This document shows positions 19,633 through 29,845 of a stretch of 64,000 nucleotides of DNA, piece after piece. This stretch comes from Prevotella sp. (lineage in GTDB: Bacteria; Bacteroidota; Bacteroidia; Bacteroidales; Bacteroidaceae). The notes beneath the pieces are model-generated. The model saw only the letters and a list, made by a program, of their open reading frames with translations, did no database searches and was not told the origin of the DNA. The translations under genes and the position numbers were made by a program. The number at the start of each line of letters is the position of its first letter. Position 1 is the stretch's first letter. The stretch covers positions 5,208 to 69,207 of the forward strand of contig JAZLIN010000014.1 in NCBI GenBank assembly GCA_045617365.1, in the 5' to 3' direction.

Positions 19633-21630
19633 TTAGTGTCTGTCTTCACCTTCGGGACTAGCATAAACGCTCTTAGGACAGAGTTCGATATAGTCGAATG
19701 ACCATTCTGCATTGCCTTCGAGTACCTGACGGAAGCGGAGCCAGTATTCACCACCCTCAGAGAACTGTGCTGTGGTGAGTATGCGGCGCACGTGCTCAGG
19801 AGCATCCACGCGGAAGTTAGTAGCGCCAGGCTTGCCGTAAGAGTCCATACCCTTCATGAATCCGCGGTTGTGGAGAGCCTTGTCCTGTGCGGTGTTAGCC
19901 TCATCATCGTCAGTATCAGCCTCGACACCGATTTCTGGTGCCCATGAACCGATACGCAGGTCAACAGGAATGCCGCAAGGTTCGTTGTTGAGATATACCT
20001 GTACTACACCACGCTCATCGCTGGCTACGTATCCCAAGCGAATTTCGTAGAGTCCTGGAGGAGGGCAAGGCAGTTTGATTTGAACGTCATACTGACCCTT
20101 GATAGCAACGGCATTGCCGAGGTAAGAACTCCACCACACGTTATCACAGTGAACAGCCACGAATGTCTCAGGAGTTGTCTTCCAGTTCTTGATGAATCCG
20201 TTCTTCATAGCGAAGAGGTAGTTCTCATCCCATCCTAGATTACCGCGTGCACCCTGGTTCATGAAGTCTGCGCAGAGTGTAGTTGCGTCGATACGCATAC
20301 GGCAGTTGAGAACCTTGTCACGTACGTTGGTATCATACTTCAAGATGTCATCGATATAGAAGTAACGTCCGTTGAGGGATACCTGATTGTGCTTGCCACT
20401 CTCAGAGTCTGTATATACTCTCACGCCCTTACAGCCTGATACGTATTTATTCTTGAGACCCTTGCGGTTAGCATAGAGCTGACCATTGGCGCGGCAGAAG
20501 CGGAGCATGGTACCAGGGCACATGGTCTCCCAGAAGTCTTCTGCATCAGCGATGTCAGTGCGGCAGCAGGTGGTGAGCACTTCGCCTGAAGGAGCCCAGT
20601 CACCATAGTTACCCATACGGTCAAAGAGGTGGTAGCTCACGAAACGGTTGAGAGGATTCTTTCTGTTCTTGTAGTCATCGTCGTAGAGGCCAGCATCTTC
20701 AGGATAAGTCTCATTATATACCTTCTTTGCGTATTCAATGAGGTCATCGATGGTGTAGATGCCATGCTTATTGAAGATGGAATCAGGCTCAATGAATGCT
20801 GTGAACTTGAAGAAACGCTTCTCTGGATAGTGTGCTACCATGTCCTTACCACCGAATCGGATGTTAGGGACACCCTTTGTTACAGAGTCATCATCGCAAT
20901 AGTAACTATTGTCGATGTATGCTGAGAGAGAGTCCTTCATGTTGGTGAGGAAGAGTGCTTCTGTGAAGATTTTGATGCTCTCGTCCTCAAGCATGAGGTC
21001 AGGGAGGTAAAGGTTGCTGGCTGCCAGTACGCGGTCAATCACGTGAACCACACCATTGGTAACGGAGTCATCCTTATGTGTAATCTCGGAACGCTTGTTG
21101 ACGAAGAGTTTTACCTTCTTGTCTCCGGTAGAAGATACCGAACTGTCGCAAGTGATTACGAGGTAGCGGTCATCCATGTTCATTGCAGGGAGGGCACCGT
21201 CACTGTAGTCGGTAGTGAAGTAAGCACCCTTGCTGACGATGTGGTTACGAGCGATGGTATCGCAGGTCTTAACAGGAATCTCGTCGATGCTTGCGTAATG
21301 ATTCTCTTCGAGATATTTCTTTACGGCATCATTGTCTGGTGCGAATACAGTATATGTACCGTATGTGGAAAGTGTACTGAAATAGTTAGCTTTCTCCAGT
21401 ATTCCCTGGAAGAGGCTGAAGCTCTCAGGATTATCAGAGATGAGCTGGGCTGCAGTACGTTTCGATGCCTTATAGTAGGCAGAATTGTCGAAGTCATCAT
21501 CCGTACAGCTGGTCAGTGAACCTGCCAGTGCTGCAACTGCCAATGAGAGGGCAGGGAGTATGTTGCGCATCTTGCGCAGACATCCGTTGACTTCTGTCAT
21601 CTTACTGTTTATGTTGCCAAAAGTAATCAT
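19633..21630 (-). CDS. Fasciclin (FAS1) domain lipoprotein
   Basis: Lipobox LTSC; YTVFAPDNDA, VTNGVVHVIDRVL, second FAS1-like segment. Confidence 0.85.
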   Translation of the reverse strand: MITFGNINSKMTEVNGCLRKMRNILPALSLAVAALAGSLTSCTDDDFDNSAYYKASKRTAAQLISDNPESFSLFQGILEKANYFSTLSTYGTYTVFAPDNDAVKKYLEENHYASIDEIPVKTCDTIARNHIVSKGAYFTTDYSDGALPAMNMDDRYLVITCDSSVSSTGDKKVKLFVNKRSEITHKDDSVTNGVVHVIDRVLAASNLYLPDLMLEDESIKIFTEALFLTNMKDSLSAYIDNSYYCDDDSVTKGVPNIRFGGKDMVAHYPEKRFFKFTAFIEPDSIFNKHGIYTIDDLIEYAKKVYNETYPEDAGLYDDDYKNRKNPLNRFVSYHLFDRMGNYGDWAPSGEVLTTCCRTDIADAEDFWETMCPGTMLRFCRANGQLYANRKGLKNKYVSGCKGVRVYTDSESGKHNQVSLNGRYFYIDDILKYDTNVRDKVLNCRMRIDATTLCADFMNQGARGNLGWDENYLFAMKNGFIKNWKTTPETFVAVHCDNVWWSSYLGNAVAIKGQYDVQIKLPCPPPGLYEIRLGYVASDERGVVQVYLNNEPCGIPVDLRIGSWAPEIGVEADTDDDEANTAQDKALHNRGFMKGMDSYGKPGATNFRVDAPEHVRRILTTAQFSEGGEYWLRFRQVLEGNAEWSFDYIELCPKSVYASPEGEDRH

Positions 21631-21663
21631 ACTTTCTGTATTTTATTTATTGTGTAACAATTT

Positions 21664-23403
21664 TTATTTTATGAAATCCTCCGTATCTCCGTATGCAGGA
21701 TTCTGCTTGAGATTTGGATTAAGTTTCAGCTCTTCTCTGTTGTATGGGAAGAAGATGTAGTCAGGATCGCTGAGGCGGATCTTGATAGCATTTACATTCT
21801 CCTGATACTTGGTAGTAGCTTCCGAAGTGAGGAACTGTGTGTTGCCATCGCGAAGTGAAACGCGTACGAGGTCAAACCATCTCTTGCCTTCGAACATGAA
21901 TTCGCGGTTGCGCTCATCCATGAGGAGTTTCTCCATCTTCTTCTGGCTAGAGTTGTAGTTGGTATAAACCAGAGTGTCCTTGTCAGACTTAGATATGAGA
22001 TGGCGTGCGCGCTTGTTGACAGAGTTGATGAGGCTGAATGCCTCTTCGAACTTTGAATCACCCATCATGATGAGGGCTTCTGCCTTCATGAGCATCACGT
22101 CAGTCAGTCTATAGACTATCCACTGAGAGAATTTGTTGCCTCGCAAAGATGTAGAGAGCTTGAGACTCTTCTCATCCGAGATGTTAGTGGTAGTGAGAGT
22201 TACAGAAGTATTGACATACTTTGTGATGTTGTACTTACTGCTGGTATGTCCGATGTTCTCATATACGCGGCAGTCGTTCTTGTCCCAGAGTTCGCAGTTG
22301 CCCAGAGCGGCATCCTTGCGGAGATGGTCAGGAGCAGAGAGGTTGCCGAGAGGCTGGCTGCCTGTGCCGAAGCATGTTGCAACGTAATCGTTGTCGATTG
22401 CCTGGTTGTTTCTGAAATAGAGTTCAAAGAGACTTTCGAATGAGTGACCTGTACCGAAAATCTGGTTGTATGCTGTACCGCAGGTTGTGCTGCCTTCAGT
22501 CTTCTCCAGTATGAGAGGTATTCCGTTGAAGTCGCCCATGTCGTGCAGGTCACCGAGCTTCTCTTTCTTCAGCTTATACTGTTCCTTCTTGAATTCAATC
22601 ACCTTGTCGCAATAATCAACAGTTGCCTGATAGTTGCCGCGCCAGAGGTTGAGGTCTGCAAGGAGTGCATAGATAGCTACGCGTGTCACACGTGAGTTGT
22701 TCTCGTATGCTCTGGTTGATGCTGTGGTATTCATCATCTCGCTATCATCGATATAGCGCTTTACAGCCCAGTTCTCTACCTTCTTAAGGTCATCGATAAG
22801 CATATCGAGAGCATCGTTCATCTTTGTAGGAGCAAGTTGGTAGTCCTTAAGGTCGTCGATGCTTGGTTCGAAGGAAACAGGCACATCACGGAATGTACGT
22901 ATGAGATAGAAGTAGCAAAGGTCGCGGAGGAATGTTGCCTCGGCAATGTTTGCCTGCATCTCTGATACTGTATAGTTAGGGTCTTTCTCGTTTACCTGTG
23001 GAGCATAGTGGCACACCGTATTGCAGTAGTTGATGGTGGTGTACATTATGTCCCATTTGGTATAGGAGTTTGTAGGGAGGATATTCTCCTTTAGTATCTC
23101 TGTGAGATCGTAAGGAGCATTGTTGCCCTGAACCATGTTCTCGGATCTTACCTCGCCCCAGAGTCCCATGCGTCTGATACTCTCCTTTGATTCGAGTGAC
23201 TCGTAACAACTGTTGAGTACGCTGGTGACGTCATTTTTCTTTGTCCAGTATTTCTCGAGCACCACATCGTTGAGAGGCAGCGTGTCGAGGAAGTCGTTGC
23301 AGGAAGTCATCATCATTGCACCAGCTGCGATGATGGTAGCATTAAGGGTAAGGAGTCTTACCTTTCCTGCACCTTTTTTATATATTTGCTTAAGAGTAGT
23401 CAT
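21664..23403 (-). CDS. susD: SusD/RagB family lipoprotein (pair 1)
   Basis: Lipobox MTSCNDFLD, YTTINYCN, YFYLIRTFRDVP, YRLTDVMLMKAEA, ERNREFMFEGKRWFDLVR. Confidence 0.93.
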   Translation of the reverse strand: MTTLKQIYKKGAGKVRLLTLNATIIAAGAMMMTSCNDFLDTLPLNDVVLEKYWTKKNDVTSVLNSCYESLESKESIRRMGLWGEVRSENMVQGNNAPYDLTEILKENILPTNSYTKWDIMYTTINYCNTVCHYAPQVNEKDPNYTVSEMQANIAEATFLRDLCYFYLIRTFRDVPVSFEPSIDDLKDYQLAPTKMNDALDMLIDDLKKVENWAVKRYIDDSEMMNTTASTRAYENNSRVTRVAIYALLADLNLWRGNYQATVDYCDKVIEFKKEQYKLKKEKLGDLHDMGDFNGIPLILEKTEGSTTCGTAYNQIFGTGHSFESLFELYFRNNQAIDNDYVATCFGTGSQPLGNLSAPDHLRKDAALGNCELWDKNDCRVYENIGHTSSKYNITKYVNTSVTLTTTNISDEKSLKLSTSLRGNKFSQWIVYRLTDVMLMKAEALIMMGDSKFEEAFSLINSVNKRARHLISKSDKDTLVYTNYNSSQKKMEKLLMDERNREFMFEGKRWFDLVRVSLRDGNTQFLTSEATTKYQENVNAIKIRLSDPDYIFFPYNREELKLNPNLKQNPAYGDTEDFIK

Positions 23404-23437
23404 ACTTTTAATTATCTTAGCTTATTGTGAATGATGT

Positions 23438-26400
23438 TTAGAACTGTATGCTGAGTCCGGCTGTGATAGACTTTGCTCTTGGTGTCTGAGCATTATCTGT
23501 TGTTACGCCGTAGCCTCCGTAGCCAACCTCAGGGTCTGAACCAGAATACTTGGTGAGACAGAATACATTGTTAGCCGAGACATTGAATGAAACACTGCCG
23601 AGACCAAGCTTCTTGACAAACTTCTGTGGGAAAGCGTAGCTGAGGTTGGTGTAGTTCAGACGGATGAATGAACCGTCCTCTACGAAACGGTCACTGCCGA
23701 GGTAGTTGTAACCATACTTATGGAGTGCGCGAGGTATCTCTACGATATCACCCTCTACGCGCCAGCGGTGGTTGACAGCGCGGCTCTGGTTATTGTTGTT
23801 GTACATGCTCTCTGCATTCATACGGTTACCGTTGACGATCTTGTTGCCGTAACGGAAGTTGAACTGGTTGTTGAGCATCCATCTGCCGAACTTGAACTTG
23901 ATACCGAAACCACCAGTAACCTTAGGGAGTGAAGAACCGAGATATACGATATCGAGCTCATTGATGGTACCGTCGTGGTTGATGTCCTCGTAGATGGCAT
24001 CACCGCCCTTGAACTCATATTCCGCTGTTGTGCCGTAGCAGAAAGTCATTGGTTTGGTGTGTCCCTTGTTGTCCTTGATTACAACATTGTTCTCGTCGCG
24101 TACTACAGGAGCATTAGGACCGCTTACGCCCTTGACCTCTTCGTCGGTATATTCAGTGTATTGATATACGCCCTTGTAGCGGAAACCGTAGATGGAACCG
24201 AATGGTCTGTCAATCTCTACACGTGTCTGGTAGGTGCCGTTAGAACGAGAGAAGTCGTGGTTGAGAGTAGCGAGGCAAGTCTCATCCATCTCTGTGATGA
24301 CGTTCTTGTTGTTGGCGAATGTAACGTTGAAGTCGATGCCGAACTTGTTAATCTTGACGAGGTTGTTGGTGTTGATATTGAACTCCCAGCCAGTGTTCTC
24401 CATCTTACCTACGTTATCGTAAGCCAACTGAGTGTAACCGGAAGAAGTAGGAATCTTTCTGTCTCTCATCAGAAGGTCAGAGGTGTACTGCTTATAGATT
24501 TCTACGTTACCGGTAATCTTGTCGGAGAGGAAACCGAAGTCAAAACCGAGGTTGTATGTCTTCTTCGTCTCCCACTTCAGTTTCTTCAGCTGTATGTTCT
24601 GTGGATGTGTAGAACCGCTGCCCATATAGCCGTTACCGTTAGAGTACTTACTGAAGTAGAGGTAATCGCCACCAGGCTGCTGACCTACTATACCCCAACC
24701 TGGACGTACAGAAAGCATAGACAGCCAAGGCAGCTTCTCCTTTACGCCTGGCTCATTGCTGATGTTCCAACGCAGAGAGACTGCTGGGAACATACCCCAA
24801 CGCTTGTCAGGACCGAACTTGGTGCTACCGTCGCGACGCAGAGAGAAGTCGAACATATAGCGAGACTTCCATGCGTAGTGCATAGAGTATGTGAAGTAGA
24901 GCGAACGCCACTGACCTGCAGAACTGCTGAACGAGTCGCCGATGTTACCAGGAGCACCTGTGCTGATGATATTGTTTGGCAGACCATACTTAGAGGTGTT
25001 CTGTGTGCTTGAGCTACCATCGGTCAACTGTCCGCGGAGCATCATCATCAGAGAGTGGTCAGTGTTGGTGAAATGAGGTACGAATGTCAGAGTGTGAGTG
25101 GTGGTGATACCAAGACTCTTGTAAGAACTTGCAGTAGATTTGTTGGAGTTCTTGTTACTCCAGTCTCTTACGTTGAAGATACTTGGGAGGAAAGTATCTA
25201 CATACTCGTTGAAGATATCGAATACGATCTTACCCTCATACTTCAATTGAGTCTTATCCTCTTCCACACCCAGAAGGTTATACACGATTTGGAACTCAGG
25301 AGATATCTTGTAGCTTGACTTGTTATTGCTAGCGAGGTGAGCCAGGGCTACAGGGTTCTTCTGGTCGATCTGGTCAGAGAACTCTGGTGAGATACTTACA
25401 GGGATGTTGTAGAAGTTATCCATCTGGTTACCATCGAGGTCACGCTCATAGATAGGGAGGTTAGGCATACGGCTGTATGCTATGCCGAGCAATCCTTCAT
25501 AGTTCTGCTGGTTCTTGGTGTATGTGAATGCCAGGTTGGTGACAATCTTGATACGGTCAGATACCAGATAGTCCAGAGCTACACGTGACGTGATACGGTC
25601 CAGACACTGCTTGATGATAGAACCCGTCTCATGGTCATAACCAGCACCGATACGGTAGTTAGCCTTCTCACCACCACCAGTCAGAGAGATGTAGTGGTTC
25701 TGGCGCCAACCGGTCTGCTGTACAGACTTGATCCAGTCGGTATTGTTGTCATAGTTATGCCATCCGTTAGGGTTACTCTTGTCGTAGTTCAGTTCGATGA
25801 TGTCACTCGCTGTGCTGGAGAGGCGAGGATTGAAATAAGCCTCTTTCATCAGCATGGTATATTCGTCACCGGTAAGCATCTCGTAGCCCTTTGGCTGCCA
25901 TGTGCCAGTCAGACGGTAGCTGTATGTCACCTTAGTCTTACCGCGTGAACCACGCTTGAGCTTGATTTCGATTACACCATTTGCACCCTGCGAACCCCAT
26001 ATAGCTGTAGCTGCAGCATCCTTGAGTACGCTGATGCTCTCGATGTCCTCAGGATTTACGTTGAGGAGCTCAGCAAACTTCTCATCATTGGCAGATGAAA
26101 TATCGATGTTGCTGTTGCGGTCACTCTCCCATACGTTGCCGTCAACAACGATGAGCGGTTCAGTGTTACTGTTGATACTGCTCACACCACGGAGACGCAT
26201 AGAGGTACCGGAACCCAGGTTACCACTGTTGGCTACGATGTCAAGACCTGCGATACGTCCCTGCAGAGCTTCGTCGATAGTAGTCATTGCCAGACCTTCA
26301 AACTCCTTTGTAGAGATAGTCTGGTTAGCGGTAGATAACTGATCCTGAGGGATGTTAAGGCCAGAACCATTATGACGGTTCTTGCTGACGATGGTGACTT

Positions 26401-26761
26401 CCTTCAGACTTGTCAGGTCTTCGAGGGTGATGTTGTATTCCGTCCCCTTGATATTGACAGTCTTGGTCTTGAGACCCACATAGCTGAAACGCAGCTTATG
26501 CTTAGGGTCCTTGATCTTGAATGAGAAGTTACCATTCATATCTGTATTTGTAGAACTGACGATACGGTTAGCACCGTCAATCTCCACTACGTTAGCCATC
26601 ATGATAGGGCCGAGAGCATCACTCACGGTACCCGTAACCATGTCGCCAGCCTCTTGCGCTGATACTGTGCCAGCAGCAAGAAGTGAGAGGGAAGCCGTAA
26701 GGAATGCTCCCTTGGCTTTGCCTGCTACACCTTTTTTATATATATTATTAAAAGCTGTCAT
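23438..26761 (-). CDS. susC: SusC/RagA family TonB-dependent transporter (pair 1)
   Basis: ALQGRIAG, PLIVVDG, NPEDIESISVLKDAAATAIWGSQGANGVIEI, LKWETKKTYNLG, SDRFVEDGSFIRL, C-terminal F. Confidence 0.95.
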   Translation of the reverse strand: MTAFNNIYKKGVAGKAKGAFLTASLSLLAAGTVSAQEAGDMVTGTVSDALGPIMMANVVEIDGANRIVSSTNTDMNGNFSFKIKDPKHKLRFSYVGLKTKTVNIKGTEYNITLEDLTSLKEVTIVSKNRHNGSGLNIPQDQLSTANQTISTKEFEGLAMTTIDEALQGRIAGLDIVANSGNLGSGTSMRLRGVSSINSNTEPLIVVDGNVWESDRNSNIDISSANDEKFAELLNVNPEDIESISVLKDAAATAIWGSQGANGVIEIKLKRGSRGKTKVTYSYRLTGTWQPKGYEMLTGDEYTMLMKEAYFNPRLSSTASDIIELNYDKSNPNGWHNYDNNTDWIKSVQQTGWRQNHYISLTGGGEKANYRIGAGYDHETGSIIKQCLDRITSRVALDYLVSDRIKIVTNLAFTYTKNQQNYEGLLGIAYSRMPNLPIYERDLDGNQMDNFYNIPVSISPEFSDQIDQKNPVALAHLASNNKSSYKISPEFQIVYNLLGVEEDKTQLKYEGKIVFDIFNEYVDTFLPSIFNVRDWSNKNSNKSTASSYKSLGITTTHTLTFVPHFTNTDHSLMMMLRGQLTDGSSSTQNTSKYGLPNNIISTGAPGNIGDSFSSSAGQWRSLYFTYSMHYAWKSRYMFDFSLRRDGSTKFGPDKRWGMFPAVSLRWNISNEPGVKEKLPWLSMLSVRPGWGIVGQQPGGDYLYFSKYSNGNGYMGSGSTHPQNIQLKKLKWETKKTYNLGFDFGFLSDKITGNVEIYKQYTSDLLMRDRKIPTSSGYTQLAYDNVGKMENTGWEFNINTNNLVKINKFGIDFNVTFANNKNVITEMDETCLATLNHDFSRSNGTYQTRVEIDRPFGSIYGFRYKGVYQYTEYTDEEVKGVSGPNAPVVRDENNVVIKDNKGHTKPMTFCYGTTAEYEFKGGDAIYEDINHDGTINELDIVYLGSSLPKVTGGFGIKFKFGRWMLNNQFNFRYGNKIVNGNRMNAESMYNNNNQSRAVNHRWRVEGDIVEIPRALHKYGYNYLGSDRFVEDGSFIRLNYTNLSYAFPQKFVKKLGLGSVSFNVSANNVFCLTKYSGSDPEVGYGGYGVTTDNAQTPRAKSITAGLSIQF

Positions 26762-26799
26762 ACTTTTTTTCTATATAACAATAGTTATTTACGAATCGT

Positions 26800-26834
26800 T
26801 GTTAATTGTTAACTGTTAATTGTTAACTGTTAAC
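26800..26834. repeat. Heptamer tandem repeat TGTTAAY x5
   Basis: tgttaat tgttaac tgttaat tgttaac tgttaac, intergenic. Confidence 0.9.
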
Positions 26835-26842
26835 TATTCTGT

Positions 26843-29422
26843 TTATTTTTTCAGCACTCCATCTATCTGGTGTATTACGATGGTTGATGTGGTATATACA
26901 CCCGAAGCCTCTTCTGCATTCATGTTGTTGAGTATGTACTCGCGAGCCTGCAGGTTGTAGAGTCCCTTGCTCCTATCCACCATTACGGCAGGAGCATCGG
27001 CTCTGTTGACAGTACGTATCTCTATGTTGTTGTCTGTCAGAGTAGTGTAGAGTCTTTCAAACTTTCCGGTGTTCTCATTGATGAGTGATGTCTCATAACC
27101 ATCGCGAGCCTGAGGCTTTGCACCGATGAAGAGAGAGTAGTCCTGGATGTGATAGCGCAGGAAGTTCTCTATGGCGAGTGAGTCTGCGGTCTTCTTCTTG
27201 AAGTCCTCCATCTCAGCAGCCTTATCTACATCTTCCCATGTAGGGAGCTTGCCTGCCTTCTGCATTTCCTTTATAGCATCGTTGGTAGGAATATATACGG
27301 TATAGTGATAGGTGTTGAATACGCTGAGGTTCTCACCGGCACAGGCATATTTCTTGTCGTGCAGCTGCTCCAGCATAGAACTGCCTTCAAACAATTTAGC
27401 CATTTCATAGAATTCATCGTGTTCGCGGAGAATGTCCATGACAGTCTTGTTCGTAGTCTGTATAGGCTCATCCTCAAGTACATAGACCTTACCGTTTCCA
27501 TCCTTTGTCTGGTCATAGATGTCCTTCACGCGCAGTGGAGCCTGATTGTTGGAAGCCTGAAGGCTACCAGATACTGTCATGCCATTGATGCCGGCACTCA
27601 CGTTGTTGACTTTAATCTCCTGACCACCCTTTGTGCGATAGTACTCATGGCCGTCCTCTACGTTGCCAATGACGATATGGTTGTCGAGGATATCCTTCAG
27701 ACGTGCTCTCATGTGCTCATAGTCACGGTCTTCGCCGATACTGTCACCGATTTCGCCTGTCTCCTTATTATATTCATATACGGCAGCCCAAACAGGATTG
27801 GCAAGTCTCTCATCGTACTTGAAGCGATAGAGTTTAGTCTTTGCCTGACCGTAAGAGGTAGGGTCGATGTAGTTGTTGAGTGCCTCGTTGGTAGGGATGA
27901 AGAAACTATAGTAAGAGTTGAGCGAGTTAAGATATACGTTATACTGACATACACCCACAGCCCAGTCAATGATCTTCATGTTCTCGTTCACAACGGCAGG
28001 GTAGAGCACGCTGACGAATGAGGTAGGCGAGAATACCTTCTTGGTAAGATATACCGCACCGTTACAACTGAGGAACACGCTGTCGATCGCTGATTTACTT
28101 ACGCCCATAGGGTCGTTGGCATCGTTGAGAATGCCGTCGAACTTGCTTGGTACGCTCTCTACGAATGATGAGAGCATATTGTTGTTGATGAGTTCCACGA
28201 TTACGCGGTTAGGCACATTGTCCCATGTTTTATACTGATTCTTGAGTACGACGCCGGCGCCTTCGTTCCAATATTCGTCAAGGGCAGTGTTGGTTGGCAC
28301 CATGAGCACTGCCATGTCTCTCTGCATTGCAGTGTTGGCATTAGGAATGGCGTTGCCTGTATAGTAAGCGTTCCATCCTGGATCAAACTTGAAGAGATCG
28401 GAAGACTTGTTGATGTTGAGGATAGAGGTAACTATTCTGTCCTTGTCATCCACTACTATAGGTGCGCCGCCGGCTGATTTCCTTGAGAAATAACGCTTCA
28501 CGAATACAGAGTCCACATTTTTGTTGAACTGGTAGTTGTACTGTTCTGTGGTAGGCTGTCCTGCATAGAACGGAGTAGCAAATCTCTCAAGCATGCTGTA
28601 GAACATACTTGCCTGAGGTTTTTTTGATATCACCTCTGCCATGTTCTCCAGTGGCATGATGACATCCTCTACCTTGTGAATGAAGCCATTGCTACACTTG
28701 ATGTTCTGCTGAGAAATCTTGATGCCGTTGACACTTGCGTCACCAGGCTTGCGTTCCGTAGTGTAGTTGTAGAGCCAGTTGTAGTCATCATTGGTGATCT
28801 TGTTGTTGCGCATCTGTGCCTCTATGAAGTGCAGCATAGGAGGGATGGTGTTGTCCTTCATGAGCACGATCTTGTCACGTTCAGCGAAACGCTTCCATGT
28901 ATCGTTGTAGCGATACTCCTCAGGCTTCATGTTTGGCAGAGCGCTGGTGCTTACCACTGCGACAGAGTCATAGATAGTCTGCGAACTGGTACGTCTCATG
29001 CACTGTCCCTCAACCGGGCCTTCGATACTTGAAAGGTTGTTGATCTGATAGCTGTTGTTGATCATAGCACCGAGCAACAGCATTTTCTTCTGGGCGAGTG
29101 ACAACTGCTCGTAGTTCTTTACGCCCCATGAGTTGTTGGTGTAGAATCTGGCGAATGCCTCGTCGTCTGCGACGAAGACGGTCTTCGAACCAGTCTTTGC
29201 CAGTACCTCCTTCAGCCCAAGATCATCAATCAGGCGAACGGTGTTCTTGAAATTGCCTGCTTCGTCCAGATAACTGTAGATGCTGGCACCCCATCCTTCA
29301 GGGTTCCTTTCATCCAAGTCATACTGATCACATGCTGTCATTCCGAACAGACATGCTGTTAGTGACACAGCCATTGCCGGTCCGTGCCATCCTCTTGAAA
29401 ATAACTTTTTTTGTAAATTCAT
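26843..29422 (-). CDS. Multi-fasciclin-domain lipoprotein
   Basis: Lipobox MTAC; KTVFVADDEAF, CSNGFIHKVEDVI, FFIPTNEAL, YTVYIPTNDAI, VIHQIDGVL; start taken at MNLQKK (29422). Confidence 0.85.
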   Translation of the reverse strand: MNLQKKLFSRGWHGPAMAVSLTACLFGMTACDQYDLDERNPEGWGASIYSYLDEAGNFKNTVRLIDDLGLKEVLAKTGSKTVFVADDEAFARFYTNNSWGVKNYEQLSLAQKKMLLLGAMINNSYQINNLSSIEGPVEGQCMRRTSSQTIYDSVAVVSTSALPNMKPEEYRYNDTWKRFAERDKIVLMKDNTIPPMLHFIEAQMRNNKITNDDYNWLYNYTTERKPGDASVNGIKISQQNIKCSNGFIHKVEDVIMPLENMAEVISKKPQASMFYSMLERFATPFYAGQPTTEQYNYQFNKNVDSVFVKRYFSRKSAGGAPIVVDDKDRIVTSILNINKSSDLFKFDPGWNAYYTGNAIPNANTAMQRDMAVLMVPTNTALDEYWNEGAGVVLKNQYKTWDNVPNRVIVELINNNMLSSFVESVPSKFDGILNDANDPMGVSKSAIDSVFLSCNGAVYLTKKVFSPTSFVSVLYPAVVNENMKIIDWAVGVCQYNVYLNSLNSYYSFFIPTNEALNNYIDPTSYGQAKTKLYRFKYDERLANPVWAAVYEYNKETGEIGDSIGEDRDYEHMRARLKDILDNHIVIGNVEDGHEYYRTKGGQEIKVNNVSAGINGMTVSGSLQASNNQAPLRVKDIYDQTKDGNGKVYVLEDEPIQTTNKTVMDILREHDEFYEMAKLFEGSSMLEQLHDKKYACAGENLSVFNTYHYTVYIPTNDAIKEMQKAGKLPTWEDVDKAAEMEDFKKKTADSLAIENFLRYHIQDYSLFIGAKPQARDGYETSLINENTGKFERLYTTLTDNNIEIRTVNRADAPAVMVDRSKGLYNLQAREYILNNMNAEEASGVYTTSTIVIHQIDGVLKK

Positions 29423-29506
29423 TTGGGTTAGAGATTTATTGTTGTTTATTGTTTCTTTTAAAGGGTAAATTTGAGTCAGTGACGACCCAGTTGTTAAATT
29501 TACTTG

Positions 29507-29514
29507 CAAAGTTA
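29507..29514 (-). promoter_or_regulatory. -7 element of the FAS1-susCD operon promoter
   Basis: Minus strand TAACTTTG(CA), ~85 bp upstream of the start. Confidence 0.6.
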
Positions 29515-29693
29515 CATTATATAATATAAATTGCGTTGTTATATTGTGTCTTGTACGTTTTATTTTATAACATTTTTACATTTTTATGCTGTTTTTGTTA
29601 TTTTGGGTTTCTCAAATGTAACATAATTGACCTTTTCTATGTTACATTTTGAAAAGTTTTGCATAAAATATACATTATTTCAGAAAAAATGTG

Positions 29694-29701
29694 TAACTTT
29701 G
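29694..29701 (+). promoter_or_regulatory. -7 element of the HTCS promoter
   Basis: TAACTTTG(CA) in the divergent intergenic region. Confidence 0.6.
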
Positions 29702-29845
29702 CACCCGATTAATCAACTTCTCTATAAAATACAGCGTATCATCCCTATAAAGCCTTGATACGTCCTGAATATAAATATGGTAATTCTATTGTCGTCAGGC
29801 AAGGTGAAACTTGACCACTTACTAACGAAAAAAAAGATATTGAAT

